Source of the DNA: Balanoglossus misakiensis
Lineage: Eukaryota > Animalia > Hemichordata
Length of the DNA: 64,000 nt
Assembly (NCBI GenBank): GCA_040954595.2
Contig: CM082578.2
Coordinates: 15,980,998-16,044,997, forward strand
Direction of reading: 5' to 3'
The notes beneath the pieces are model-generated. The model saw only the letters and a list, made by a program, of their open reading frames with translations, made no database searches and was not told where the DNA came from. Positions 53,401 to 62,700 of this stretch are shown one piece after another; within the stretch, counting starts at the first letter, position 1, and every line of letters starts with the position of its first letter. The translations under genes and the position numbers were made by a program.

Positions 53401-54591
53401 AGCTGTTTGGATCCATTTGGCACAATTGTGGATGAAAGCTACTGCGATATGACTGTCAAACCAGCACAGAAAGAAAACTGTGAAATTCAACCATGTCCGT
53501 TCTGGAGAACTGGAGAGTGGATACCGGTAAGTATGAGCGAAGTTGTGGAGTTTGATGAAGAGGAAGAGTCTTGAGGAGATATGCATAGATTCATTAATTC
53601 TAATCATAAGAGAACATTGTAATATTTGATAACATCATGTACTGGTGATTGCAAGCAACGTATTTCATGTATTTATTTATTTATTTATTTACTTCCTACA
53701 GTGTCCAGTAACCTGTGGAACAGGCTCAAACAGTCGATACGTAGCGTGTGTTTACCACGATGGTATGATTGGTAACGATGCAGATTGTGATCAACAGACC
53801 AGACCTGTTCATGAGCAGATGTGTAACACCAATGAATGTCAGACATTTCCAATAGCTGTCATATCTGACAACAGAGTAACACAAACCAGTCAATGGCGAG
53901 TTGGACCTTGGAGTTCTGTAAGTAGCTGCCTGTAACACAAACAGTCAGGTTCCCATAGCGACATGAAGTTTTTGTGTTAGAAATTAACTGGACCATTTCA
54001 CATTTTACTGTTATTCTTGTATCAGCATACATTACAATATCTGGAAATGATATGACAAGCAAATAACTGTGAAGGTAAATGATTATCGTAAAATACCATA
54101 ACGCCATTATCTCTGTCCAATTATTTTCAGTGTTCAAGTTCGTGTGGTCATGGAAACAGAAGGCGTGCCGTTGTGTGTCAAGATCATAATGGTGAAAATG
54201 GTTCCTGTGATGAGAGTGTGAAACCAGAAGAACAAACAGAATGTGATTCTGGTCCTTGTCCCACTTGGAATTATGGAGAGTGGGGAGTTGTAAGTTTATC
54301 ATTTTTGAATACAAATTGGCCTCTTGGAAAATCAAAGTATATATAAAGACTTCAGACTATTGCATACCACATTTTTGTCGAGCTAAACTGGAGTTATGTC
54401 GTTTATCGCCACAGTGTTCCAAATCTTGTGGTAGTGGGAACAAGTCCAGAATGGTGCAGTGTCAGTTGAGGAACGGTCAAACTCTAGAAGACAACAGCTG
54501 TGATTTTCAGACCAAACCAGTGGATACAGTACCTTGTAATGTGGGAGAATGTCCAAGCGAGTCTCAGTGGTTTAGAGGACAGTGGTCACGG
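36658..54591 (+). CDS. ADAMTS9: ADAMTS9/ADAMTS20-like (GON-1 family) metalloprotease, partial multi-exon gene (25 exons in window; 5' and 3' ends not seen)
   Basis: Hand-spliced exons give one continuous ORF: RKKR furin site, reprolysin zinc motif HEIGHVLNIPHD, VMAP Met-turn, disintegrin-like, TSR1, Cys-rich, spacer, TSR array with linkers after TSR6 and TSR8. ADAMTS9 versus ADAMTS20 cannot be resolved; likely the invertebrate co-ortholog. Confidence 0.93.
37639..37795 (+). CDS. ADAMTS9: ADAMTS exon: furin site and start of catalytic domain ([52 protein letters not shown])
   Basis: ttttacag acceptor, TTG|gtaagt donor; typical ADAMTS mature N-terminus. Confidence 0.95.
37940..37960 (+). repeat. 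Poly-G tract (G21)
   Basis: Direct count. Confidence 0.95.
38458..38541 (+). CDS. ADAMTS9: ADAMTS exon: catalytic domain ([28 protein letters not shown])
   Basis: ttcgcag acceptor, AAG|gtaagt donor; IYKxxSIGNxxNIVVV motif. Confidence 0.95.
39039..39358. mobile_element. piggyBac-like MITE, family A copy 2 (more decayed, longer)
   Basis: ttgacccttg...gttgaatgggttat ends; internal ctgtcaaaatgtggtg and ttattttagaccaaatggacacaattttcaattg match 31940-32146. Confidence 0.6.
42244..42368 (+). CDS. ADAMTS9: ADAMTS exon: catalytic domain ([42 protein letters not shown])
   Basis: tttttacag acceptor, AG|gtaaca donor; FCxWQ and [10 protein letters not shown] motifs. Confidence 0.95.
44518..44607 (+). 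repeat. Degenerate ~44-bp tandem duplication containing an X-box-like motif
   Basis: tttctatggtgacttgtaagataacctggttgaattg / tttctatggtgacgcataagatagattgattgaattg. Confidence 0.75.
45790..45830 (+). CDS. ADAMTS9: ADAMTS 41-nt exon: (R)[13 protein letters not shown](G)
   Basis: tctttacag acceptor, G|gtaggt donor; DIC....CDTLG motif; phases 2 and 1 fit neighbours. Confidence 0.93.
45956..46061 (+). CDS. ADAMTS9: ADAMTS exon: (G)[34 protein letters not shown](V), first half of zinc motif
   Basis: atctgcag acceptor, GT|gtgagt donor; HEXXH. Confidence 0.97.
46234..46374 (+). CDS. ADAMTS9: ADAMTS exon: [46 protein letters not shown], third His and Met-turn
   Basis: tttcag acceptor, GA|gtaagt donor; lies in ORF 46184..46378. 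Confidence 0.97.
47401..47428. repeat. (GTCT)7 microsatellite
   Basis: Directly visible. Confidence 0.9.
47551..47695 (+). CDS. ADAMTS9: ADAMTS exon: end of catalytic and start of disintegrin-like domain ([11 protein letters not shown]...[18 protein letters not shown])
   Basis: acccag acceptor, ATG|gtaagt donor; CLLDxP and QCELIFG motifs. Confidence 0.95.
47945..48043 (+). CDS. ADAMTS9: ADAMTS exon: disintegrin-like domain ([33 protein letters not shown])
   Basis: gacgcag acceptor, AAG|gtatgt donor; CRRLWC and PWADGTxC motifs. Confidence 0.95.
48126..48144 (+). promoter_or_regulatory. CTCF-like core motif in intron
   Basis: TGGTCAACAGAGGGCGCTC versus canonical TGGCCACCAGGGGGCGCTA; motif match only, binding unproven. 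Confidence 0.5.
48307..48522 (+). CDS. ADAMTS9: ADAMTS exon: central TSR1 (SCQRGECV...[19 protein letters not shown]...[19 protein letters not shown])
   Basis: ttacag acceptor, AAG|gtaaga donor; ORF 48286..48600. Confidence 0.97.
48660..48777 (+). CDS. ADAMTS9: ADAMTS exon: Cys-rich domain ([39 protein letters not shown])
   Basis: ttaccag acceptor, A|gtaagt donor; FRExQC and WVPKYSG motifs. Confidence 0.96.
48955..49091 (+). CDS. ADAMTS9: ADAMTS exon: Cys-rich domain ((I)[45 protein letters not shown])
   Basis: ttctttag acceptor, AGG|gtaagt donor; DRCKLFCR and DGTPC motifs. Confidence 0.96.
49330..49447 (+). CDS. ADAMTS9: ADAMTS exon: end of Cys-rich and start of spacer ([39 protein letters not shown])
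   Basis: ttttaacag acceptor, G|gtaagt donor; GCD and CGVCGGD motifs. Confidence 0.96.
49773..49868 (+). CDS. ADAMTS9: ADAMTS exon: spacer ((G)[31 protein letters not shown])
   Basis: caacag acceptor, G|gtaaag donor; [12 protein letters not shown] motif. Confidence 0.95.
50166..50332 (+). CDS. ADAMTS9: ADAMTS exon: spacer ((A)[55 protein letters not shown])
   Basis: ttttgcag acceptor, CAG|gtaaga donor; LNG and EYSGS motifs. Confidence 0.95.
50539..50665 (+). CDS. ADAMTS9: ADAMTS exon: end of spacer and start of TSR2 ([42 protein letters not shown])
   Basis: gtgtttag acceptor, G|gtaagt donor. Confidence 0.94.
50761..50828. mobile_element. Very short TTAA-flanked piggyBac-like MITE, family B copy 1
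   Basis: ttaagcttttcaccaccatggtttggcccaaa...gagggaaccggggtagaaagggttaa; homologous to 57859-57932. Confidence 0.65.
50990..51116 (+). CDS. ADAMTS9: ADAMTS exon: TSR2 second half ((G)[41 protein letters not shown])
   Basis: gtgatag acceptor, AG|gtagtc donor; TSR cysteine spacing. Confidence 0.93.
51354..51392. repeat. (TCAA)n microsatellite upstream of the TSR3 exon
   Basis: tcaatcaatcaatcaatcagtcaaacaatcaatcaatca. Confidence 0.85.
51426..51627 (+). CDS. ADAMTS9: ADAMTS exon: TSR3 ([23 protein letters not shown]...[17 protein letters not shown])
   Basis: tttgtag acceptor, ACG|gtaagc donor; ORF 51295..51636. Confidence 0.95.
51863..52027 (+). CDS. ADAMTS9: ADAMTS exon: TSR4 ([16 protein letters not shown]...[16 protein letters not shown])
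   Basis: acatcag acceptor, GCG|gtgagt donor; phase 0-0, 165 nt. Confidence 0.95.
52242..52406 (+). CDS. ADAMTS9: ADAMTS exon: TSR5 ([16 protein letters not shown]...[16 protein letters not shown])
   Basis: tcttgcag acceptor, CCT|gtaagt donor; phase 0-0, 165 nt. Confidence 0.96.
52700..52927 (+). CDS. ADAMTS9: ADAMTS exon: TSR6 plus linker 1 ([16 protein letters not shown]...[31 protein letters not shown])
   Basis: atttcag acceptor, CCT|gtgagt donor; phase 0-0, 228 nt. Confidence 0.95.
53359..53526 (+). CDS. ADAMTS9: ADAMTS exon: TSR7 ([16 protein letters not shown]...[16 protein letters not shown])
   Basis: atggcag acceptor, CCG|gtaagt donor; phase 0-0, 168 nt. Confidence 0.95.
53702..53917 (+). 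CDS. ADAMTS9: ADAMTS exon: TSR8 plus linker 2 ([16 protein letters not shown]...[27 protein letters not shown])
   Basis: cctacag acceptor, TCT|gtaagt donor; phase 0-0, 216 nt. Confidence 0.95.
54131..54289 (+). CDS. ADAMTS9: ADAMTS exon: TSR9 ([16 protein letters not shown]...[16 protein letters not shown])
   Basis: ttttcag acceptor, GTT|gtaagt donor; phase 0-0, 159 nt. Confidence 0.95.
54415..54591 (+). CDS. ADAMTS9: ADAMTS exon: TSR10 and start of TSR11 ([16 protein letters not shown]...[19 protein letters not shown])
   Basis: gccacag acceptor, probable CGG|gtagga donor; read-through adds VGEN then stop at 54604-54606. Confidence 0.93.
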
Positions 54592-57500
54592 GTAGGAGAA
54601 AATTAACACTTGTCAAGTCTACAACTTTCATATCACTTAGCAATACATAGTGTACAGTGCATCCAGGAAGAGTCATATTGTATGGTGTGAAGTGTTGTCC
54701 ATGGAGACTTTGCAGATATTCAGACAATACTGCTTGGCTAACTGGTTCTGCTGTAAAACATATTGATAGTCCCCATGGATGTAGTCTGGGGTGGGATTTA
54801 TAGATGGAGTCTGTCCGTCGTGACTGTTTCCTTTTAGACATGATTTCCCCCAGTACTCAAAAAAAGTTTGTATTCAGCGGAACTGTGTCATTGATAATGA
54901 CTTGTTGTTTTATAGTCACCTATACATTGATTTCATGACTTTGATGGTGCCTGTATGCTATGTATTGCTATGTCGACAGAAAGCGGAAGTGTATATTTGT
55001 GCAATCACCAAAGCATCCTATTTATTATAGTAGATTTTAGTATTTTCAAGCAATGTGACAGACATGTGTGCGTGTCACTCCCCCAGAGACTAGCTGACAT
55101 TACAGTGGTTGATAATGGGACCACGTATATGGTGCAGATAATTGCAAGTGTGCTGAATATATTTTTTAAAAAGCATTCTTTTCTATTAGCGTCCAAAATA
55201 TCCACAGGGTCATATAGAGTTTATACTTGCCTCTTTGTTCTATTGTGCTGATGGTTTTCTGTTGAAATACTCTGCAGAACAGTTGGTACAACTGTGCACG
55301 CTTGAACAGATGTGTGCATTGCGGAACAGAAGCAGCTGTACACAGATAGCTGCTTCATGTAACAGTATTGCCAAGTTTAGAGCGTATATCTGAACAATGT
55401 AAATTGTACAACTGGTGCTACATATTTACCGTAATGACACAAAACACCTATTGCTAAACCAGTAAGGGACAATTAAACTTTTTATACAAAATATGTACTT
55501 GTAACAAGATGGGTGTAAATGTTCTTTTCTACCCTTTTTTAATATCTACCTCACTGAATTTTATTTATAACCATGACAACAGATTTCTCACTGTGTAATC
55601 TTCTTTTTTCTTTCTTTGTATCAGACAATATAGTTTTGTCAAATTAGTCAACCTTTTCTTGAGGCTGATTTGTATGTTAAAATTATTTAAAATGTGCATT
55701 GGAGCTACCTCAAAAAGTAGTTAGAGTCATGACAACTTGTGGCTGATATTTCTTGAATGTTTCAAACATATTTTTTATAAAAACATAACATCTTTTTATC
55801 CTTATGTGGTGACGTCATTGTCACTTAACAAGATTCCTCAACATAAAACATGTCTCCCGTTGTATTTATTGGAAAAGGGGAGATACACAATGATAAGACC
55901 TAGTTCAAATCTGAACACCGCTTTATACTAACCATTTTGTTCGACTCACCACCTCTAAACCTCAGTAAATATGTTTTACTCAGTCTCAAAAACAATTGGA
56001 TTGTACCACACTATACAGGGGTGAAGGGGTTTGACTATTGTTTGCAACCATGCTGCAAGATTTGTAACTGAAGCATATTTATTTTAACGAGATTATTTTG
56101 CATGTCAGCAGTGTCACCTATTTATTACAATTTCAAAAACTGTCATATTAAATGCATGCAAATTTAGTCTTTTTTATGATACTTTATGAAGATGGTATGT
56201 CAGTAAACTATCATGATCATTTATTTATTCCAAGGTAAAATGCAACTTTTCATACTTCTCCTTTTGGTTGCATCAAGGTATTTATATTTGTCAAAAATTC
56301 CAGTTGTTACACTTCTTTTTAAAATTCAAGCAATTTCTACTGGATACTGAAATGATTCACTCAGCTGAAATAACATTTCTGAAATTAAAATTATCAATTA
56401 TCTTCTTTTCTTACATTTGATTCATCATTGAAATATGCTTACATCTGTATTCCATCCGTACTCCCCTTGAATTGTCGTACAGATGCTACTGAAAGGTACC
56501 TTACATTTCATAGATAATTTAGGTTCTGTGGTCTTTGACCTTTTACCAAAGGAATTGTTTATTAAACCTATGACCTGAAATACCCCCCCCCCCCACCTCC
56601 TGTAACCTCAAGCAAGTGGTGTTTTATTAAATTTATGTTGAAAAGGAGAGGTTTGTTTTATCTTTAAAGATTGTGACAACATTATCCATAGATAGTGGTA
56701 TTGAGAATTATTGCATTATTTTATTAAAATAAAAAAACAAATGTTGGTCTTTTGAGGAATGAAGTTCTATCACATCAGCCTGCAAAGGTGTGTACAGTCA
56801 AACGAACAACAGTGACATAATTCAAGTTTTCATGTTTCGAAGTGAAATGCAGCCAACAACAAACATGCAGCATGGAAGAAGTTTACTCTTGCAAAGAACC
56901 GATGAAGACATCCAAGCCAAGACCACATAGGAAACTCAGTTAAAGACACACCAAACATTTTATAATATTGTAACAACAACAAAAAACACTACAGTGTATC
57001 CAATGGATAGGAAATTTACAATAGAAGATAAACAGAAGTATTGGCAAACATTGAATTTTACCATCCTTATTTATGGCCATGACGAAACCAGTATAATAGG
57101 TGAAACATTGATTTACACACAGAATTTGTGTCACTAGGAATGACTTCATCTGTGCTCTGTTGAGTAATTTTGCACATTTCAGTTAAATTCCTGTAATCAT
57201 TTCTGTAATTTCTTATATCAATGATTAGAGAATTATATGAGACGAAGTAATTATTTACTTTGTGATAAGTAGGTATGCTCTCAACTTGCATTGGTTGGAA
57301 AAGTCTGTGAGTCGTAGTATAGCAATACCATTCTACTGGAAGTTAATTGTGCGGTATTTTTCTTCAGGTGATGATAGGGATAGTCTTATTACTGTTTGGT
57401 GCAAACCTCAGTGAAAGATTGTCATTGAAGAGTTTTGAATTGAAATAGAAGTCAAGTTCAACCGCATTTCTTTCTGTTTGCTATACATACACAACCGTTC

Positions 57501-57858
57501 GTCTGTCTGTCTGTCTGTCTGTCTGCCTATCCGTCCATCCACTACATATGTACAATGTAGGAAAGACTAATTCACATTTTCTACAAAAAAATATCTCATT
57601 GAAAAAATAATAAATTGAACTGTCCTGAGGAACTCCTACACTGAATGGATTTGTCTATACAGAATGTATCCTCGGTGATTTTGAAGGTGAATGCAAGTTG
57701 AGATGCATATTTACTGTGGTTTTAAAAATAGATGTAACACTAAAATACAGAATGATCTAAATTGGTGTATTACATGTACTTGATTAGATTTGTAACTTTG
57801 TTCCTATTAATTACCCTGTTAAATGCAAACAATAATGAATTGGCAGCAACATCAATTC

Positions 57859-57932
57859 TTAACCCTATCACCACCATGGTTCAGTCCAAACCTATTGTTT
57901 CTAAAGAGGGAACCAGGGGATGAAAGAGTTAA
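57859..57932. mobile_element. Very short TTAA-flanked piggyBac-like MITE, family B copy 2
   Basis: ttaaccctatcaccaccatggttcagtccaaa...gagggaaccaggggatgaaagagttaa; TIRs plus TTAA at both ends. Confidence 0.7.
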
Positions 57933-58373
57933 AGACTAAAACAACAACTGACATGATTATAGTATGTATATAATATATTGGTTTGCAAACATCTTGTACC
58001 AGTTGTTATTATTTTAGTCTGGAATGAGATACTACTGCTGCCAATTTATTAATGTTTAAAACAAATGGGACGAATCTGGGAAATTAGTAACAAACCGAAT
58101 CAAGTAACTAAGCAAAGTACATCTGTATCCTTGGCATTAAATCTATTTTCACTAACTCAGTATTATTTGATGATATCTTCAATGAAGTATCTTTTATTAT
58201 AGATGTGAAGTAAATGGCGGCAGTTAATGTAGATATTTTTAAAGTATAGATTGATCAAATTATACATTTGTTATTTTTTACGATTATCTATCCATTTTTA
58301 AGAACATTTTCTATCTTCCTAAGACATGTATGGTAGTAAAATTTAGATTATATTTTTAGTTACTGAAATTTAA

Positions 58374-58392
58374 GAGCGCCCTCTGGAGCCTG
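58374..58392 (-). promoter_or_regulatory. CTCF-like core motif, reverse orientation
   Basis: Minus strand reads CAGGCTCCAGAGGGCGCTC; GC-rich spot in very AT-rich context; motif match only. Confidence 0.45.
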
Positions 58393-59652
58393 TGGTGTAC
58401 TTAACAAAGACAGTTGTTTTTCTATTTGGCAGTAATTTATTATATTAATAACACAAGTGGATTAGGCATTCTGATTGTCAACTCTTAATTTTATTGCAGC
58501 GGCAGATGCAGTAATGATAAAAACTGATATTGCTGCTGCTACTTTTACCATTAATTTAAGACTTAATCAGAATACTTAATTTGCCTGTTACATTTAATGC
58601 ATTTTATAAAGAAAACGGAAAGTAAAAGTTAGACAGGAAAGGGGAAGTGTCTACATATAGCTGGCCACAGTTCAGCATCCATGATAGCCTTTCAAGTTTC
58701 CAGCCACCAGGTGTTTTCAGATATTAACTCTAGGTCACCATGGTAACAAACTACAGTCAGTTACTGTTGATGATGTTTCCATGGAGAATGTATTTGAATG
58801 AGCGTCCTTATTCATTGTCAAAGAGTACCACATTTGCTGGCTGTATACATGAAATATTACCTAAAATGTATTTGTAATGTTTTGTACAGTCAGCCCATCA
58901 TCGCCCAAGATTGCTGATAGCACCACCACAGGCCACTAGAATTCTTGTTTGACTTGAACCAGATACTGTCACTCCCAACCCTGACCCCTAATGGCATGTA
59001 CAGTGTAGGGTTGCACAGTCAAGGAGTCACTTTAGATGATATGTTAGCATTGTTGAAATGGCCCGGGAATTAAGCCTATAAAGCTTTCATAAAATTGCCA
59101 GTTTAAGTCAACAAAGAAACTTTAAATCATAACTTATAAAATAAGTATGTGTATCTGTCAAAGAACTAAACATCAAACTTTACTTTAAGGAGTTTCTACT
59201 GTCATTTGGTATGATAGTTTTATCATGTTTCAAATCAGTTGTTGTAGTTCAAGGTCCAACTTCGATGCTTGTGTGTCTTGGCAGTGTCATACATGTAGTT
59301 TAAACTTACTATAGTACCAATTTCAATATGTTTCTGAAAATATTTTCGAGTTTAAAACGTAATCCTTTATAAAACATGGTTCTGTTGTCAACCTGGCAGT
59401 GTTTATTGTCTAAAAATTGTCCACTTGCAATCATGTGTTCTCACCTGCAGTAATTATCACAGATTTTGTATCTTATACAGAATGATATCAGTGGAAGTTT
59501 TTGTTGTAAAAACCCATGCTACCCAGTGTACCCCAGCCACAATGAGAACTCCTCAGGCTAGTCTTACTTATCACTGTAAGCATCATATCTTTGGGACAGA
59601 TGTTTACAGTTGTTAAGGGATTCGTGTTTGTAGATGTTCTAGCAGGGGTCAT

Positions 59653-59773
59653 AGGTCGGTTGAAGAACCCGTTTTGATTAAAGAAATAACGTTTTCTACC
59701 TGTGCAATGGGCAGGTCTGTTTTAGAACCCTAGCGTTTGATTAAACAAAATAACAGTAACCTATGCGAAGTGC
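59653..59773 (+). repeat. Degenerate ~60-bp tandem duplication
   Basis: aggtcggttgaagaacccgttttgattaaagaaataac / aggtctgttttagaaccctagcgtttgattaaacaaaataac. Confidence 0.75.
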
Positions 59774-62700
59774 TGGATGACTTCTTTCTGTACATCAATG
59801 TCAAGTTGATTTATTGCCAGTGAGAACAAGACAGACAACCTTGACTTCTATAGATCATTTAGTGGTTCAACGTCTACTGAAAGGAGACTGAAATCTTAGA
59901 TGTTAATTCTCTGCAAAGGTTAAACATATCTAGAGTTCATGGTCTATGTTTTGATGATATTCAACAGACTTTCCCATCTAAATTAGCCCCATAGTCGTGG
60001 ACATTCCATTCCATGTCACTCTCATATTAATTTTCCATCGAATGGAAGTGTCACTTGATTATTTCATAAATTTGAGAATTATCAGCGCTAGGACTGCATG
60101 ATAAGTTGTTCAGTTGTCTGCCTTGTTACGATACGCGAGAGACATTTCTTAAGATGAGGTCAGTTTGCAAAGCTCCATAATTCTGCAGCCCACCCCGGCT
60201 GATACTATTTATTGTGTCCATCAAAGCAGCTTTATAAATTTAGTGCTCATTCAGTTTCTATTCTGTGACTTGATAGCCAGTTTCAGACAGACAGGATATC
60301 AGTTGCCATTTAATTATACTCATAATTCAGCTCGCACAGTTTATCATTATGCTAGAATTTATCCCTTTCCAACGTGTGTTTCCGCCCAACTAACTCTCAA
60401 TATATTTCATCTTGTCTTGAGAAGTAATCCTAAACAAGTTCAGCTCATCACATCCTCTATAACATATACAACTGGTGACCTTTTTGTTCAAGCATTAACT
60501 TTGGTCAAAGAAATACATGTACAGGAAGAAGAATCGTTGTCGTTCTCGGTGATGCATTGAAGCATTTACTTCACATTTTGCATTACAGGACGGACTCAAA
60601 AAGATGAGAAAGTCCAAAAATCTTGTAGGGTCTCCTAAAGATGCAGTCGAGTAATTATCTAAATTTCACTGTAAATAAATTATAAAAAAATTAATAGTAT
60701 AAAATTGATGGAAAATATTGATAAATATACTAAGACACTTAGATATGGCATCATAAATTTTCTCCAGGGTAACAAAAAATGTCCCAATTACAACGTCGTT
60801 ATGTAACTTTGTCCTTAGATTTTAAGGTCAGGTCTGCAGCTTCAACATCCCAGTGATACACTGTAAAGTTTACATGACAGCTTGAAATAAGCACAGCAGA
60901 TGTGTTGAACTTTCTATTTTAATTGCTAGCAGCATCATAACATGGCAACAACCCTTTGCAGCCCCTACCATGCCATTCCAAAGTCGAGGCTTATTAAAAC
61001 TTGTAATGTGATTTCAGACTTGGGCCGCTTTTATTTACGTTACAAAACCATGTACTGCACTGGGGAACTATTCAGTTGGTCCACCAATCTGTCATCAGGA
61101 CGTCATTGAAAGTGCCTGTGAAAAGATGCCGGCGAACTTGCATCAGTAAATGTCAAATGAAAAAGCGAATTCTGTTACGGTTTGTTAGGTTTGGATATTT
61201 TTGGAGGAGACTTAAGGGATGTTGATGTTGAGGACAAATTATCCAGTGCCACGCTGACTTTAGGTTGGGGTTACTCGATTAATCTCCAGTCTGTGTGACA
61301 GACAATGTCAAATATTTGCCATAAATGATTCTAAGGTTTTAACTTGTCATAGATTGTCTCAGTGACTCATTCATCCTTCCTGTACTGGCCTCACTTGTGG
61401 AAACTTGAAATCAGTTGCTTCTGTTGATTTTTTTGCGATCTCAACATTTCAATACGAAATGATAAGTGAAATACCATCCCCATAGCAACGAGCATGATCA
61501 AATCACAACATGGTTGGACTTGCGATCTCTACTGTAGAACCTGGATCACAAGGTTTATGGATTTGGTGAAACTAAGTTTCCACTCCTTTGAATGTTCATA
61601 GGACAAGCCAACAAGCATACACTGAAAGTGAAAACCACGGCACGGTTTGAACAAATTATATCTACGATGAATTTTACGGGTCATGTAGACCGCATAGCCA
61701 GAGGCTGTAGTTTTAACCTATTAAAAACTTCCATGTTGCAAGCTGAGAACCACGCACACTCTTGCAAAGGTCATCACTGAAACTGGAATGCCTTTATTCG
61801 TTCCGTACAAGCACTGATGCAATTTCAAATTATTTAATGCTTTGTTAATAATACCAGTCATGCATGTGTTTTTTCAATCCAGAGAAACTTTGCACTGTTG
61901 CCAAGTGTTCAACTGTATAACCCACCTGATAATTTGATTGAATCCGTGATAATTTTCATGGTCACTGCAAATGTACAGGATTATATAATATATTTGTAAA
62001 CACTTTCACTATTGTTGGTTCAACCAAATGTTCAATGTCTCTTGTATAACTGCAGATCAGGAGAAACATACAATGAAGTGCTCTAAAAGGTCTTTCATGG
62101 CCAACTCTTCTTCTGCGTGTGTATGAGCAGCATTCCTTGGTCCATGCAGTCACTGGGGATGATCGAGTTTCCCTGTTTGCTTTCATCTTTTACTTGTTCA
62201 CACAAACAAAGCAGTCAGTTTTCTTGTCGGCTGAGGTCCTCTATTTTGATACACTGACCAGGACAGGTGTCTTGGGACCTTGCTAATTGGTAGGCTTTAT
62301 GAAAAGGAGCCATCTTGGATGTCAGTTTTGGGTATTTGTAGTCCTCTGAGAAAAGATTAAGGCAAATACTTTGCTTCTGTATAGCCAGTGGATAGTTGAA
62401 TTACCACACTGGAAAGCTGGTTACAAGGCTGCCTTTCTTGAGCAAATTTGTGGAAACATTTTATAATCAGAAAAAATCGTCACAGTTTTTTTCACGGGCT
62501 GAAGTAATCGAGTAAAATACATTTCATTACCTTGACTGAAAACTTTCAGAATTTAATATATCTGTTGGCTTTAAGAAAGAACTTCAATATGCAGTGCAGT
62601 ACTTTTAGATTTTAACTATGTCATATGATAAAATTGTTCTGTGATAAATCCTTGGAAGAAAACTCAAATCCATAACCCTTGACACTTGTATAATCTGTTC

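Noticed and set aside
47899-54335. Minus-strand ORFs overlapping the exon cluster (e.g. 47899..48198, 51859..52200, 53859..54335)
   Set aside because: Antisense shadows of the ADAMTS exons with no independent coding signal
61901-61920. ag|TGT TCA ACT as the next TSR exon
   Set aside because: Reads CSTV then stop; no TSR cysteine pattern
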